From the NCBI GenBank assembly GCA_037481835.1, contig JBBFKW010000001.1:64001-128000 (forward strand): 64,000 nucleotides of DNA, in the 5' to 3' direction. Shown piece by piece: positions 9,569 through 19,007 of the stretch (positions are counted from its first letter, which is position 1; every line of letters starts with the position of its first letter). Both the position numbers and the translations under genes were made by a program. A model generated the notes under the pieces. That model had not been told where the DNA came from and searched no databases. It saw only the letters and a list, made by a program, of their open reading frames with translations. This DNA is from Desulfosoma sp. (GTDB lineage Bacteria > Desulfobacterota > Syntrophobacteria > Syntrophobacterales > DSM-9756).

Positions 9569-10209
9569 AAAAAAATCTCCTGATCCTGTGGGCGTTCTTC
9601 GGAACGGCGGCGGTGGGCGGCTGTGGAGCCCTCTTCAGTCCCGGCACCCCGCCCGTTTATTATCGAATTTGGGCTTCCGGCCCGGATCCGGCGGTGCCGT
9701 GCAGCCGCACGAAATCGGAACCGTTGCGGGTTTGGCCCCTGGACGGCGCCCCGCCCTATGATCGAACGGACATCGTGCTGCTGCGCGACCCCAACATGGT
9801 GGAACTTTCGTCTCGGCACCGCTGGATCGCCCCACCCGGAGAAATGTCGGCTCAGGTCGTCCTGGAAGCCCTTTCCCGGGCCCGAATCTTTTCCGTGGTG
9901 GACCGGCCCGGAGGTGCGGGCTTTTCGCCCCAATTGAACCTGGGGGGCCATATCCGCCAATTCGCCTTTCATCTGCGGGAAGGAAGCGGGGAGGCGGTCC
10001 TGGATGTGCGGGTCTTTTTATGGAGGGAAACGACTCCCAAAGCCCTGGTCTTCGAAAAGGATTACCGCGTAAGCGAACCCGTGCCGGACGGCGCATCCCC
10101 CCAGCGGTTCGCCGAGGCCATGAACCGGGCCGTCGGGAAATGGGTTGAGGAACTCTCCCGCGATCTCTGCCAATCGCCCTTGGACGGCACCCGCTCGCCT
10201 TCCCCGTAG
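9565..10209 (+). CDS. PqiC-like ABC transport auxiliary lipoprotein
   Basis: Lipobox-like VGGC, RWIAPP motif, last gene of the MCE operon. Confidence 0.75.
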   Translation: MKKNLLILWAFFGTAAVGGCGALFSPGTPPVYYRIWASGPDPAVPCSRTKSEPLRVWPLDGAPPYDRTDIVLLRDPNMVELSSRHRWIAPPGEMSAQVVLEALSRARIFSVVDRPGGAGFSPQLNLGGHIRQFAFHLREGSGEAVLDVRVFLWRETTPKALVFEKDYRVSEPVPDGASPQRFAEAMNRAVGKWVEELSRDLCQSPLDGTRSPSP

Positions 10210-10374
10210 CGTCGCCGGCGCCGGGGAAACCGGAGGGCAATGCTGTGGACTTAAGGGCGGGCAACATGGGCGTGAATGTCGCACGATGGCGAAATAGATA
10301 AAATTGTCATTCACTGACTCACAAGATCTGCACACCTTACTGGTGCCGAAGACAGGATTAACCCTTCAACCCAG

Positions 10375-10676
10375 GAGCCTGTCCGACAAGGTGTGCCATG
10401 TTTGCATGAAAGTTGAACTCAGAGCTTCAGAAGGCCGGACTTTCATGGTTCGTTGTCTGGCCGGGGCACGACAAGAATCACGGACACGGTCACACATGGC
10501 GGTGCCACAACGAAGGATAACCCACCACCCCACGGGCCCGTCCGACGATGGACCCCGTGCCGCCTGTTCCACGTCCACTCGTCATCCACACGAAAGCGGG
10601 GATCCAGAATTTACAGTTCGCTGTCGACTCCCGCTTGCGCAGGAGTGACGCTCTGCGGATTATTTCAGACAGCCTC
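10375..10676. mobile_element. Putative MITE with IS5-like terminal inverted repeats and internal palindromes
   Basis: Ends GAGCCTGTCCGA / TCAGACAGCCTC resemble the ends of the element at 35344-35461; flanked by CCAG/CTTG; internal palindrome at 10580-10650. Confidence 0.5.
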
Positions 10677-10707
10677 CTTGATAAAAAAATTGGGAAAGGA
10701 GACAATC

Positions 10708-10865
10708 ATGATGGCAAAGAACCAGCTGTGAAAATCCATGGCACATTGCCCCCATCTTTGCACGCTTTTTGAGCCTTATTCCCAAAGAGATCACCCCGGA
10801 AGGCAAGGATTCCGCCGAAGATTTCACCCGCACCCGTAAGCTCCCTTTCGCCAAGCTTATCTCAC
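10708..10865 (+). pseudogene. IS4-family transposase N-terminal remnant
   Basis: Frame from 10820 reads DFTRTRKLPFAKLI, resembling the IS4-family N-terminal DFTRxRKL motif; stops upstream, truncated. Confidence 0.5.
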
Positions 10866-10885
10866 CGAGCCTCTTCCTTCGGCGC

Positions 10886-11058
10886 CCCCCTCACCCTAAC
10901 CCTCTCCCCCCAAAGGGGGGAGAGGGATGAAAATGCTATCTCTTTGGATTTTACCGGAAAAAGGCTGGAATAGAACACTCCCCCAAAGGGGGCAGAGGAT
11001 ATGAAAAGGCTAAGGGGGCAGAGGGGATGAAAAGGCTAAGGGGGCAGAGGGGATGAAA
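10886..11058. repeat. CCCTCACCCTAACCCTCTCCC...GGGAGAGGG hairpin repeat plus 26-bp tandem repeat
   Basis: Hairpin at ~10898-10928; atgaaaaggctaagggggcagagggg twice (11001-11052); same family as 55861-56110. Confidence 0.75.
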
Positions 11059-11125
11059 ACAAACACAGCCCCGAAGGGGGCGTAACACCCCGACCGACAT
11101 CCCCATGCGGGATCGCCCCATTGCT

Positions 11126-12490
11126 TCAATCATCCAGGCAGCGCGTTTCAATGCGGCGGGAGACGTGTTCCACGTGCTTTTTCATGGGGCTGTTCTTGCG
11201 GCTCAGTTCCTGGTCCACCTTCTTGATGGCGTAAATGACGGTGCTGTGGCTTCGGCCGAAGGCCTGGGCGATGACGTTCAGGGATTCCTTGGTGTACTTG
11301 CGGCAGAGATACATGGCCAACTGCCGCGCTTCCGAGATGCGCCGGCTTCTCGCCTTGGATTCCAGATCTTGTTCGCTCAGCCCGAAACTCTTGCACACCG
11401 CGCTCTTCACGTGCCCGATATCCAGCGTGGGCAGGTATTCCAAAATCGTCTGGGTCACCTCGTGGGCCAACCCCAACGTAATGGGCACCCCCAGAATGCT
11501 GCTCTTGGCCATGAGGCCCACGAGGCAGCTTTCCAGCCGGCGGACATCTCCGGTCACGCGATCGGCCAAAAATTCCACCACGTCCATGGGCAGCTGCACG
11601 TTGTCGTAGGCGGCCTTGCGCCGGATGATTTCCTTGCGGGTGTCGAAGTCCGGCCGGTCGATGGGCGCCATGAGCAGGCCGCCGAGACGGGAGCGCAATT
11701 CGCGGTTGAGCTTGGGGATGTCCTTGGGGGACGTCTTTCCCGTGCAGATGATCCGGCGGCCTCGGTCCAGGATCTCATCAATCGTGTAGATGAGTTCGTC
11801 CTGGATCTTTCGCTTGCCGCTGAAAAATTCCACCTTTTCCAGCAACAGGACATCGCACCCGTCACGGTAGGCTTTTTTGAACTCTTCGATGCGGTCCCGC
11901 TTCAGGGCCGACACCATCTCATTGGTGAATTGTTCCGCCGTGACGTAACGCACCCGCATGGACGGCGCCTGCTGCATGAGGAAATTGCCCACCGCGTGGG
12001 TGAGGTGGCTCTTGCCCAGCCCGGGGTCCGCCATGAGGTACACCGATTGGTGCTGGAACCCCCGCTGCCCCGTCATGGCCCTGCACGTGGCGTAGGCGAA
12101 ATGGTTGGATTGGCCCACGACGAACTGGTCGAAGGTGAACCGAGGATTGAACACGGAACGCACGGGCTGGCCGATATCGAGAAAGGAAAGCTGCGCAGAT
12201 GGGCGCTCATCCCCTTGATCGTCTTCGTCTTCTCGGTCCATTTCCGGTGTTTTTGGCTGGATTTCGAAGCGGCATTCGGCCAGTTGGGGAAATCGTTCCC
12301 GAGCCGCTTCGAGAATACGGCCGGACAAGTTGACGCGAACCCAGTCGGCGTGGAATTTGTTCCGGCACCCCAAGGTGAGGCAATGCCCGTCGAAGCGAAC
12401 GAACGTCAAGGTGGCGACGTAAAAGTCATATTGGCCCTTGGATAGCCCTTGTTTGAGCCTCTCGCAAACGGCATCCCATTCGTTCTGCAT
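11126..12490 (-). CDS. dnaA: DnaA-family replication initiator (atypical paralogue)
   Basis: NPRFTFDQFVVGQSN, GLGKSHL, LRSRL, and domain IV RQLAMYL...FGRSHSTV; Walker B degenerate (LLLEK); no dnaN nearby. Confidence 0.88.
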   Translation of the reverse strand: MQNEWDAVCERLKQGLSKGQYDFYVATLTFVRFDGHCLTLGCRNKFHADWVRVNLSGRILEAARERFPQLAECRFEIQPKTPEMDREDEDDQGDERPSAQLSFLDIGQPVRSVFNPRFTFDQFVVGQSNHFAYATCRAMTGQRGFQHQSVYLMADPGLGKSHLTHAVGNFLMQQAPSMRVRYVTAEQFTNEMVSALKRDRIEEFKKAYRDGCDVLLLEKVEFFSGKRKIQDELIYTIDEILDRGRRIICTGKTSPKDIPKLNRELRSRLGGLLMAPIDRPDFDTRKEIIRRKAAYDNVQLPMDVVEFLADRVTGDVRRLESCLVGLMAKSSILGVPITLGLAHEVTQTILEYLPTLDIGHVKSAVCKSFGLSEQDLESKARSRRISEARQLAMYLCRKYTKESLNVIAQAFGRSHSTVIYAIKKVDQELSRKNSPMKKHVEHVSRRIETRCLDD

Positions 12491-13046
12491 CACCAACGCC
12501 TCCCTGGAAAACCGGTCCCTCTGCCGCCCTGGAAAAGGCCGCACCTCAGGCATCCGGGAAGAAACGCCTCGGGGCGATCCCGCGAGCGGCGGAGGGTGCG
12601 AAGGAGTTCTCGTGAATGGAACCGTACGGAATGTCTACAGAAACAGAGCACATGACAACCTGAGCCCCGTGCCTTGTCGCGCTCTTCTGATACCGACTTT
12701 GCCCGGGGAGGTCAAAGTCCGTCTGGGCCCATCTGCCGCCGGCGCCGAAGCCGCTTTTGGAAGGAAATTCTTTCGCGATGCACAGATCTTAGCCGCCCAT
12801 CCCATGCAAGTGCGCGATTCGCGACTTGTTTATGGACGCCATGTTTTCCGTCGCAATATCGTTTTCTTGGCCGCATCCCCTCGGGGGAAGGACACCCCGT
12901 CCGTTTCCGGAAACTCCCCATTTCTCTTCCTTTTGAAAAATTTCACCAAATTTTAACACAGAGCGCCGTCGAGGCTCCCGCGGCTTGAATCTTCCATCGG
13001 TTGTGGTAGGCTGCGGGGGAAATCCAGTGCGGAAGGGGGCGTTCCA

Positions 13047-13634
13047 TTGAAGATTCCCACCATGATCGAGTGCTTGGAGCTTTTGAAGACGGTCCGAGTC
13101 CCGCCCCACATCGTGGCCCACAGCACGGAAGTCGCCCGGTGTGCGGTGGCGCTGGCCCGGAATCTCAACGGCACCGGCCGCCGGTTGAACGAAGGTTTGC
13201 TCTGGGCCGGCGGGCTGCTGCACGACATCGCCAAGGAAATTTCTCTGAAAACGGGAGAAAACCACGCCCGGCTGGGGGCCGCCCTGTTGGAACAGTGGGG
13301 CTTCGGCGCTGTGGCGCCCATCGTGCGCGATCACATCGAACTCGACCCGTCCATGCTGGAAGAACCCCTTTCGGAATCGGTCGTGGTCAACTACGCGGAC
13401 AAGCGGGTCAAGCACGACGAAATCGTGACCCTGGATGTGCGCTTTGCAGACCTCGTGGCTCGATACGGCAAGACCCCGGAAAAGAAAGCGTTTCTGGAAC
13501 GCCGTTGGGCGCTGTACAAAATCCTGGAGCGAAAACTTTTCGCCCACACTGGCATCCGCCCGGATCGGCTTGCCGATGAAGCCCGCAAGGTTCCGCGGCC
13601 CCAGGAAGGTGTGGACCACGGCACGACGGCATGA
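13047..13634 (+). CDS. HD/HDIG-domain phosphohydrolase
   Basis: HS...V, LLHDIAK, H, YADKRV motifs. Confidence 0.85.
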   Translation: MKIPTMIECLELLKTVRVPPHIVAHSTEVARCAVALARNLNGTGRRLNEGLLWAGGLLHDIAKEISLKTGENHARLGAALLEQWGFGAVAPIVRDHIELDPSMLEEPLSESVVVNYADKRVKHDEIVTLDVRFADLVARYGKTPEKKAFLERRWALYKILERKLFAHTGIRPDRLADEARKVPRPQEGVDHGTTA

Positions 13635-13652
13635 ATCCAAGGAGGAAGGCCC

Positions 13653-14600
13653 ATGGCGACGACCAAACTGAGGGTGGCTTTGCTGGCCGGAGGGGTTTCC
13701 GCGGAGAGGGAGGTGTCCCTCAAAAGCGCCCAACAGGTCTATGAGGCGCTCGACAAGGACAAGTACGACATCACCCGCTACGATCCAAAGGACGATCTGC
13801 CCCGGCTCGTTCTGGACGCCCCCTTGATCGATGTGGCCTTGATCATTCTCCACGGCCGCCTGGGCGAGGACGGCACCATCCAGGGCTTTCTCGACTCCCT
13901 GGGCATCCCCTACCAGGGAAGCGGTGTTTTGGGGAGCGCCCTCGCCATGAACAAGATCCTCAGCAAGCGCCTCTACGAACAGGAAGGCCTTCCCGTCGCC
14001 CCTTACGTCATCGCCGACCGGTCCCATCCCCCAAGCACGACGGCCGTTGTGGACCGGCTGGGCTTGCCCGTGGTCGTCAAACCCGAACACGAAGGGTCCA
14101 GTATCGGCTTGAGCATCGTTCGGGAAGAACGGGATCTGCCCGGCGCTCTGGAAAAGGCCTGGGCCTATGACCGGCGATGCCTCGTGGAAAGGTACATCCC
14201 CGGAGTGGAGGTCACGGGAGGCGTTTTGGGAAACGACGAGGTGCAGGCGTTGCCCCTGGTGGAAATCGTGCCCGGGGAACAATTCGAGTTCTTTGACTAC
14301 GAAGCGAAATACACGCCGGGAGCGAGCCGGGAAATCTGCCCGGCCCGCCTTTCCCCGCAACTCACCCGAAAAGCCCAGGAACTGGCCGTCAGGGCGCACC
14401 AAACCTTATGCTGTCGCGGCTACAGCCGCACGGACATGATGGTCGACCTTGCGGAAGAAAAGATTTACGTCTTGGAAACCAACACGATTCCGGGGATGAC
14501 CGAAACCAGCCTTTTCCCGCAGGCCGCGGCCGCCGCCGGCATCCCGTTTCCTCAGCTGCTGGACCGGCTCATCGCCCTGGCCCTGGAAGACAGGAGGTGA
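13653..14600 (+). CDS. ddl: D-alanine--D-alanine ligase
   Basis: GGVSAEREVSL, LHGRLGEDG, GSSIG, FDYEAKY, ETNTIPGMT. Confidence 0.95.
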   Translation: MATTKLRVALLAGGVSAEREVSLKSAQQVYEALDKDKYDITRYDPKDDLPRLVLDAPLIDVALIILHGRLGEDGTIQGFLDSLGIPYQGSGVLGSALAMNKILSKRLYEQEGLPVAPYVIADRSHPPSTTAVVDRLGLPVVVKPEHEGSSIGLSIVREERDLPGALEKAWAYDRRCLVERYIPGVEVTGGVLGNDEVQALPLVEIVPGEQFEFFDYEAKYTPGASREICPARLSPQLTRKAQELAVRAHQTLCCRGYSRTDMMVDLAEEKIYVLETNTIPGMTETSLFPQAAAAAGIPFPQLLDRLIALALEDRR

Positions 14601-15490
14601 AGCCCCAGGGAGAGGCCCCAGGTGATGCACACAGCCGTGACGAGGCGCGGCACCCACAGCCAAAAGGCCGGGAGGCCCAACGGCAAAAAGAGCATGGGGT
14701 CTTCCACCATGGAATGATTGACCCCGACGGAAAGATGGAGGGATTCCAAATCTTCGGGCGTGAGGTCCGAATTCTTCGCTTCTTCCACAATGACGGCCCC
14801 GCCGTAAGCCAGGCCGAAGACCACCGCCGTCATCCACAGCACCCCGACGCGGTGCGAAAGGCCGAGAATCCGCAAAAGAGGGCTCGTCGCCTTGACGATC
14901 CACGTGATCCAGTGGCGGGCTTTGGCCACTTCCAGCACCGTCATGATCCCCATGATGATGACGAAGATTTTCAAACAGAGCCGTGCCGTGGAAATCCCCC
15001 AAGCCAGGGTCATGTCCACGAATCCCTGCGGATTCGCCGCCGGGCTGATAGCCGCGTCCACGTCGTGGGGGGTCGTGCCCACGAAAAACTTGAGGACATA
15101 GACGGTGGCCACCGCGGCCAGGACCCGCACCGCTACGGCTTTCCACGCCTTGATGCCCGACCGGGACTGGATGATGGTCTCCTGGATCATGTTGTGGCAG
15201 ATGAGAATGAAATTGGCGAGAAGGACCATTTCCCCCGTGCTGAACGGCAGGACGGACATGGCGGCGATCCCGCCGTAGACGCTGGTCAGGGCTCCCACGA
15301 TCAAGGGCACGGCCCCTACGGCCGGAAGGCCCAAGTGGTGCATGAAGGGTTTGAGCAGGACCGTGAGGGCATCCAGCACCCCGGTCCACGCCAGGATGGC
15401 GGTGCCGTAGGACACCGGGACGACGATCTTGGCCATCCACAGAAATCCTGAAAGCCCCTTGAGGGCTCCTTGCTTGAGGATATCTTTCAT
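14552..15490 (-). CDS. Nucleoside-recognition (Gate) domain membrane protein
   Basis: Polytopic; LICHNMIQE, GLAYGGAVI, NHSMVED motifs; 3' end overlaps ddl. Confidence 0.7.
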   Translation of the reverse strand: MKDILKQGALKGLSGFLWMAKIVVPVSYGTAILAWTGVLDALTVLLKPFMHHLGLPAVGAVPLIVGALTSVYGGIAAMSVLPFSTGEMVLLANFILICHNMIQETIIQSRSGIKAWKAVAVRVLAAVATVYVLKFFVGTTPHDVDAAISPAANPQGFVDMTLAWGISTARLCLKIFVIIMGIMTVLEVAKARHWITWIVKATSPLLRILGLSHRVGVLWMTAVVFGLAYGGAVIVEEAKNSDLTPEDLESLHLSVGVNHSMVEDPMLFLPLGLPAFWLWVPRLVTAVCITWGLSLGLHLLSSRARAMSRSSS

Positions 15491-15528
15491 CGCCGTCACG
15501 GTGCGCCCTTCCATCCCCGGCAGCCCGC

Positions 15529-16143
15529 CTAAGAGGCGATAAAGGTGCCTCGAGGGGCCCCCACATTGTCAAAAGCCGAGTTGAAGTTCCGATACAGGGA
15601 ATGGTGGTCCGGGATGCGGTGCCACTTCTTGATATATCCCGGCGGCAAATCCTTCACCATCTGCACGCCCTTCCATTTTTCCGGGATGGGATAGGCGTAG
15701 TAGGGCAGGTCCTCGGGCACGCCCCGCACCAGGATCACCTGGGGGACCACCCATTCCAGATAGGCCAGGTACAGGCGGTGCATGCCGTCGTTGATGAGGT
15801 TCACCACCCGGCCGTTGCGTTCCACGGACTCTTCCACCACGGGCGGCAAGAGGTCGATGGGATCGTCTTGGCCGTCAAGCCAGATTTTCAGGTAACCGTT
15901 GAGCCGAAACAGGTCGAAGCCGAAGCGTTCCAGTTCCCACTGAAGGTGCCGGACCTTTTGGAGCTCCTGGACGAGGACGTAGCGCTGCGCCGGGTAAAGA
16001 TCCTCGCAGGGGATTTCTTCCAAGCTGATGGTCGCGTCCCGGTAAACATACACGTCGGGGCGTTTGAGCAGCGTGACGCGGCGAAGCCGGTCCAGCAGAT
16101 CTCCTTCCGGGCGATACTGCACCTTGGCGATGCGCCATTCCAT
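15529..16143 (-). CDS. Hypothetical protein with ParB/Srx-like DGxHR motif
   Basis: 204 aa, GAGGAGG SD, PPVVE...LINDGMHR. Confidence 0.65.
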   Translation of the reverse strand: MEWRIAKVQYRPEGDLLDRLRRVTLLKRPDVYVYRDATISLEEIPCEDLYPAQRYVLVQELQKVRHLQWELERFGFDLFRLNGYLKIWLDGQDDPIDLLPPVVEESVERNGRVVNLINDGMHRLYLAYLEWVVPQVILVRGVPEDLPYYAYPIPEKWKGVQMVKDLPPGYIKKWHRIPDHHSLYRNFNSAFDNVGAPRGTFIAS

Positions 16144-16164
16144 GATAGGGCCTCCTCAAAAGAG

Positions 16165-16190
16165 GAAAGCCCGCTGGTAGCGGGCTTTTC
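16165..16190. terminator. Intrinsic terminator-like hairpin downstream of tRNA-Phe
   Basis: GAAAGCCCGCT-GGT-AGCGGGCTTTTC stem with T-rich flanks. Confidence 0.65.
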
Positions 16191-16230
16191 TATGAGTGGG
16201 GCGGTAACCCCGAAATTTGATGAATGCGTG

Positions 16231-16306
16231 TGGTGGCGAGGCCCAGAATCGAACTGGGGACACGAGGATTTTCAGTCCACTGCTCTACCGACTGAGCTAC
16301 CTCGCC
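16231..16306 (-). tRNA. tRNA-Phe (GAA)
   Basis: Reverse complement GGCGAGGTAGCTCAGTCGGTAGAGCAGTGGACTGAAAATCCTCGTGTCCCCAGTTCGATTCTGGGCCTCGCCACCA. Confidence 0.95.
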
Positions 16307-16357
16307 GAAACCGTGCGCGAACTTACAGGATCGTTCGAACCCTTGTCAAGCACTTTG

Positions 16358-17398
16358 TCACCGGTCCTCTTCATCGTCCGGTTCAATATAAAAGCCGTCC
16401 TCCAGTTCCAGGACCAGCCCGTCGATGGCGGGCTCTTCCTTTTCCGCCGCCGTCCCTTCGGCCGGCTTCGGCGCATCCTCTTCCGTCAAGGCATCCAGAT
16501 CCAGAACAAGGGCTTCGTCTTGGAACTCCCCGCCCGCCGGCTCCTCCGGAGCCGGTTCCTCCAGGCTGAATTCCTGCACGGCCAGGCCGCCGTCGCGCTC
16601 TTCCATAAGGATGAAGACATCTTCATCCTCTTCTTTTCGCCCAGGAGCCTCGTCAGGGGCCTCCAGTTCCCGGACGTCCACTCCAAGGTCTTCATCGATC
16701 TCCAAAGCCCCTTCGGGGACCTCCGGCTCCAACACCACCGCCGACGGCCCCGCCTGTGCCTCGCCGACTTCCGCCCCGTGACCATCGATTTCTTTCAAAA
16801 TCCCATCGGCGGATTCCAGCTCGCGGCGCAGCCTTTCCAGCGCTTCATCGGTCATGGCCTCTTCATCCAGGGATTCCGAGAGTTCGGGGTCGTCTTCCAC
16901 GTCGGAAAGATCGAAAACCCCCGGCTCCTCCACGGACTCGGCGTCCCCGTCGATTTTCAAGTCCAAAGCCTCGGGCCATGCTTCCGCAGGCGGCGGCTCG
17001 GACTCGGCCCTTTCGCCCTCGGAAACCTCCAGGGCCAACCCGGAACTCACCGCACCCCCCATGGGCTCGAGCTCTTCCGCCGGCTCCTCGCCTTCGTCAA
17101 GAAGTTCCAGGGTGATCTCTTCGGGCTTTTCGTCCAGATCCACCCTGAGGTCGATTTCTCCCAGGAGGTCCAAGGATGCGCCCGATGGGGCGGCTTCGGC
17201 GACGACGGCCGTCGTCGTCGCCGAAGCCGCTGCGGCCTTGTGGCTCATGGCAAGAACGGCCTCCAGGATAAAGGCCGGCACCGCCGGCATGAAATCCAAG
17301 AGATTGAGTTCCGCGCGCACCGCATCCAAGTCCTTACCGCACTTGGCGCAGGCTCTCACGTGATCCGATCCGATGAAACCGCATTTGGGACATTTCAT
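16358..17398 (-). CDS. Zinc-ribbon protein with long acidic disordered tail
   Basis: MKCPKCG...CAKCGKDL followed by an E/D-rich region; start at ATG overlapping the rsmE stop. Confidence 0.75.
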   Translation of the reverse strand: MKCPKCGFIGSDHVRACAKCGKDLDAVRAELNLLDFMPAVPAFILEAVLAMSHKAAAASATTTAVVAEAAPSGASLDLLGEIDLRVDLDEKPEEITLELLDEGEEPAEELEPMGGAVSSGLALEVSEGERAESEPPPAEAWPEALDLKIDGDAESVEEPGVFDLSDVEDDPELSESLDEEAMTDEALERLRRELESADGILKEIDGHGAEVGEAQAGPSAVVLEPEVPEGALEIDEDLGVDVRELEAPDEAPGRKEEDEDVFILMEERDGGLAVQEFSLEEPAPEEPAGGEFQDEALVLDLDALTEEDAPKPAEGTAAEKEEPAIDGLVLELEDGFYIEPDDEEDR

Positions 17399-18192
17399 GG
17401 TGTCTCCATCCTCGCTGCAGGTTGGAACTCGGGATGAAACGCCTGTTTCCAAAGCACTTCCACGGCGGCCAGAAGAGCCGTGCAGGCGGTTTCGAAACGC
17501 AGCACGTGCCGGCCCAGGCTTACCGGGACAAATCCGCACGCGTGGAACATCCGCCGTTCTCCTTCCGTCCATCCCCCTTCGGGCCCCACGGCCGAAACGA
17601 TCCGCCGGGGCTGGGGATACCGCCGCCACACGGCGAGCAGACTTTCTCGAGGCTCCGTTTCGGACGCCAAGATCCGGATTTCCTTCTCCCCGGGAGGCTC
17701 ACGGCCCAACCGGCCGAGCACCCCTTCCGTGGAATCCTCGCCGCGGATTTCGGGGATCCACGCCCGGCCGCTCTGGCACAAGGCATCCCGCGCAATCTTT
17801 TCGTAACGGCCGAGCCTCTTGTCCTTGCGGGATCCTTCCAGGGCGTATCGGCTGCGCTCCGCCTCGAAGAACCACAGTTCCGAAACGCCCAGTTCCACGG
17901 CCTGCCGCACCACGAGATCCATTCGATCGGAGCGCGCCCACGGCACCATGAACACGGTCCACACGTCATCGGGCTCTTCCCGTGTCACGCTCAGGAGCTC
18001 CACTTCCACCCGCCCCTGCCGGTGCCCTCGGATGGTCGCCCGTGCCGTGCGACCTCGACCGTCGCACAGTTCCACCGCCTCCCCTTCCCGATGCCGAAGC
18101 ACCCGCCAGAGGTGATGGGACACATCGGCATCGAGCGTCAGGGTTTTTCCGGGCCGATCCAAAGATTCACAAAAAAAACGTCGGCGCGTCAC
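17395..18192 (-). CDS. rsmE: 16S rRNA m3U1498 methyltransferase
   Basis: HHLWRVLR, QAVELG, GPEGG, LGRHVLRFETA. Confidence 0.92.
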   Translation of the reverse strand: MTRRRFFCESLDRPGKTLTLDADVSHHLWRVLRHREGEAVELCDGRGRTARATIRGHRQGRVEVELLSVTREEPDDVWTVFMVPWARSDRMDLVVRQAVELGVSELWFFEAERSRYALEGSRKDKRLGRYEKIARDALCQSGRAWIPEIRGEDSTEGVLGRLGREPPGEKEIRILASETEPRESLLAVWRRYPQPRRIVSAVGPEGGWTEGERRMFHACGFVPVSLGRHVLRFETACTALLAAVEVLWKQAFHPEFQPAARMETP

Positions 18193-18201
18193 GGCACGGT
18201 C

Positions 18202-18987
18202 CTACAAGGCCCCAAGGTACCACGCCGTCAGCTTTTCCCCCCAGAACACGTAGCTGATCGCCCCCAAAGAAAGGAACGGGCCGAAGGGGAGGCGCGCCGC
18301 CAGTCCCCGGCGGGATCGCACCATGACGATCAGCCCCACCGCGGCGCCGACGACGGACGAAAAAAAGATCGTAAAGAGCACGCCCTTCCAGCCGATAAAG
18401 GCTCCGATCATGGCCAGGAGCTTGATGTCTCCGCCTCCCAGTCCGTCCTGGCGGCGAAGTTTCTGGTAGCCCCACGCCACGCCGTAGAAAAGGACGCCTC
18501 CCAGGAGCGCCCCCCCGAGCGCATCGACCCAGCGCACGTGGGAAAAGAGCGCCGCGGCGGCCAGGCCCAACACCAGCCCGCCCAGGGACAACACGTCGGG
18601 AATGAGGTACGTGTCCAAATCGATAAAAGCGATGAGCAGCAGAAGGGATCCGAAGGTGAAAAAGACGAACAGCGGGGGAGTCGGGCCGAAGGTGCGGTAG
18701 AGTCCCGCGGCCATGAGTCCCGTAAGGAGCTCCACCAGGGGATAGCGCCACGAGATGGCCTGGCGGCAGTGACGGCACCGCCCGCGAAGGAGGAGAAAAC
18801 TGAGCACCGGGATGTTGTCGAACCAGCGGATGGGAGCGCCGCAGCCGGGACATCGCGAAGGCGGCGAAACGAGGGACTGGCCCTTGGGCCACCGGTAAAT
18901 GACCACGTTGTAGAAGCTCCCCAGGCAGCATCCGATCACCAGGGCCGCCGCGGGGGCCAGCCATGAACCCCAGCCTTCATACCCCAT
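18202..18987 (-). CDS. pilD: Type IV prepilin peptidase/N-methyltransferase
   Basis: GSFYNVVIYRWP, CxxC pairs, IDLD, GGGDIKL, PFGPFL. Confidence 0.93.
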   Translation of the reverse strand: MGYEGWGSWLAPAAALVIGCCLGSFYNVVIYRWPKGQSLVSPPSRCPGCGAPIRWFDNIPVLSFLLLRGRCRHCRQAISWRYPLVELLTGLMAAGLYRTFGPTPPLFVFFTFGSLLLLIAFIDLDTYLIPDVLSLGGLVLGLAAAALFSHVRWVDALGGALLGGVLFYGVAWGYQKLRRQDGLGGGDIKLLAMIGAFIGWKGVLFTIFFSSVVGAAVGLIVMVRSRRGLAARLPFGPFLSLGAISYVFWGEKLTAWYLGAL

Positions 18988-19007
18988 AGCCCCGATCCTT
19001 CCGCCCG

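Noticed and set aside
12491..13046. oriC upstream of dnaA
   Set aside because: No cluster of TTATCCACA-like boxes, no clear DUE, and no dnaN
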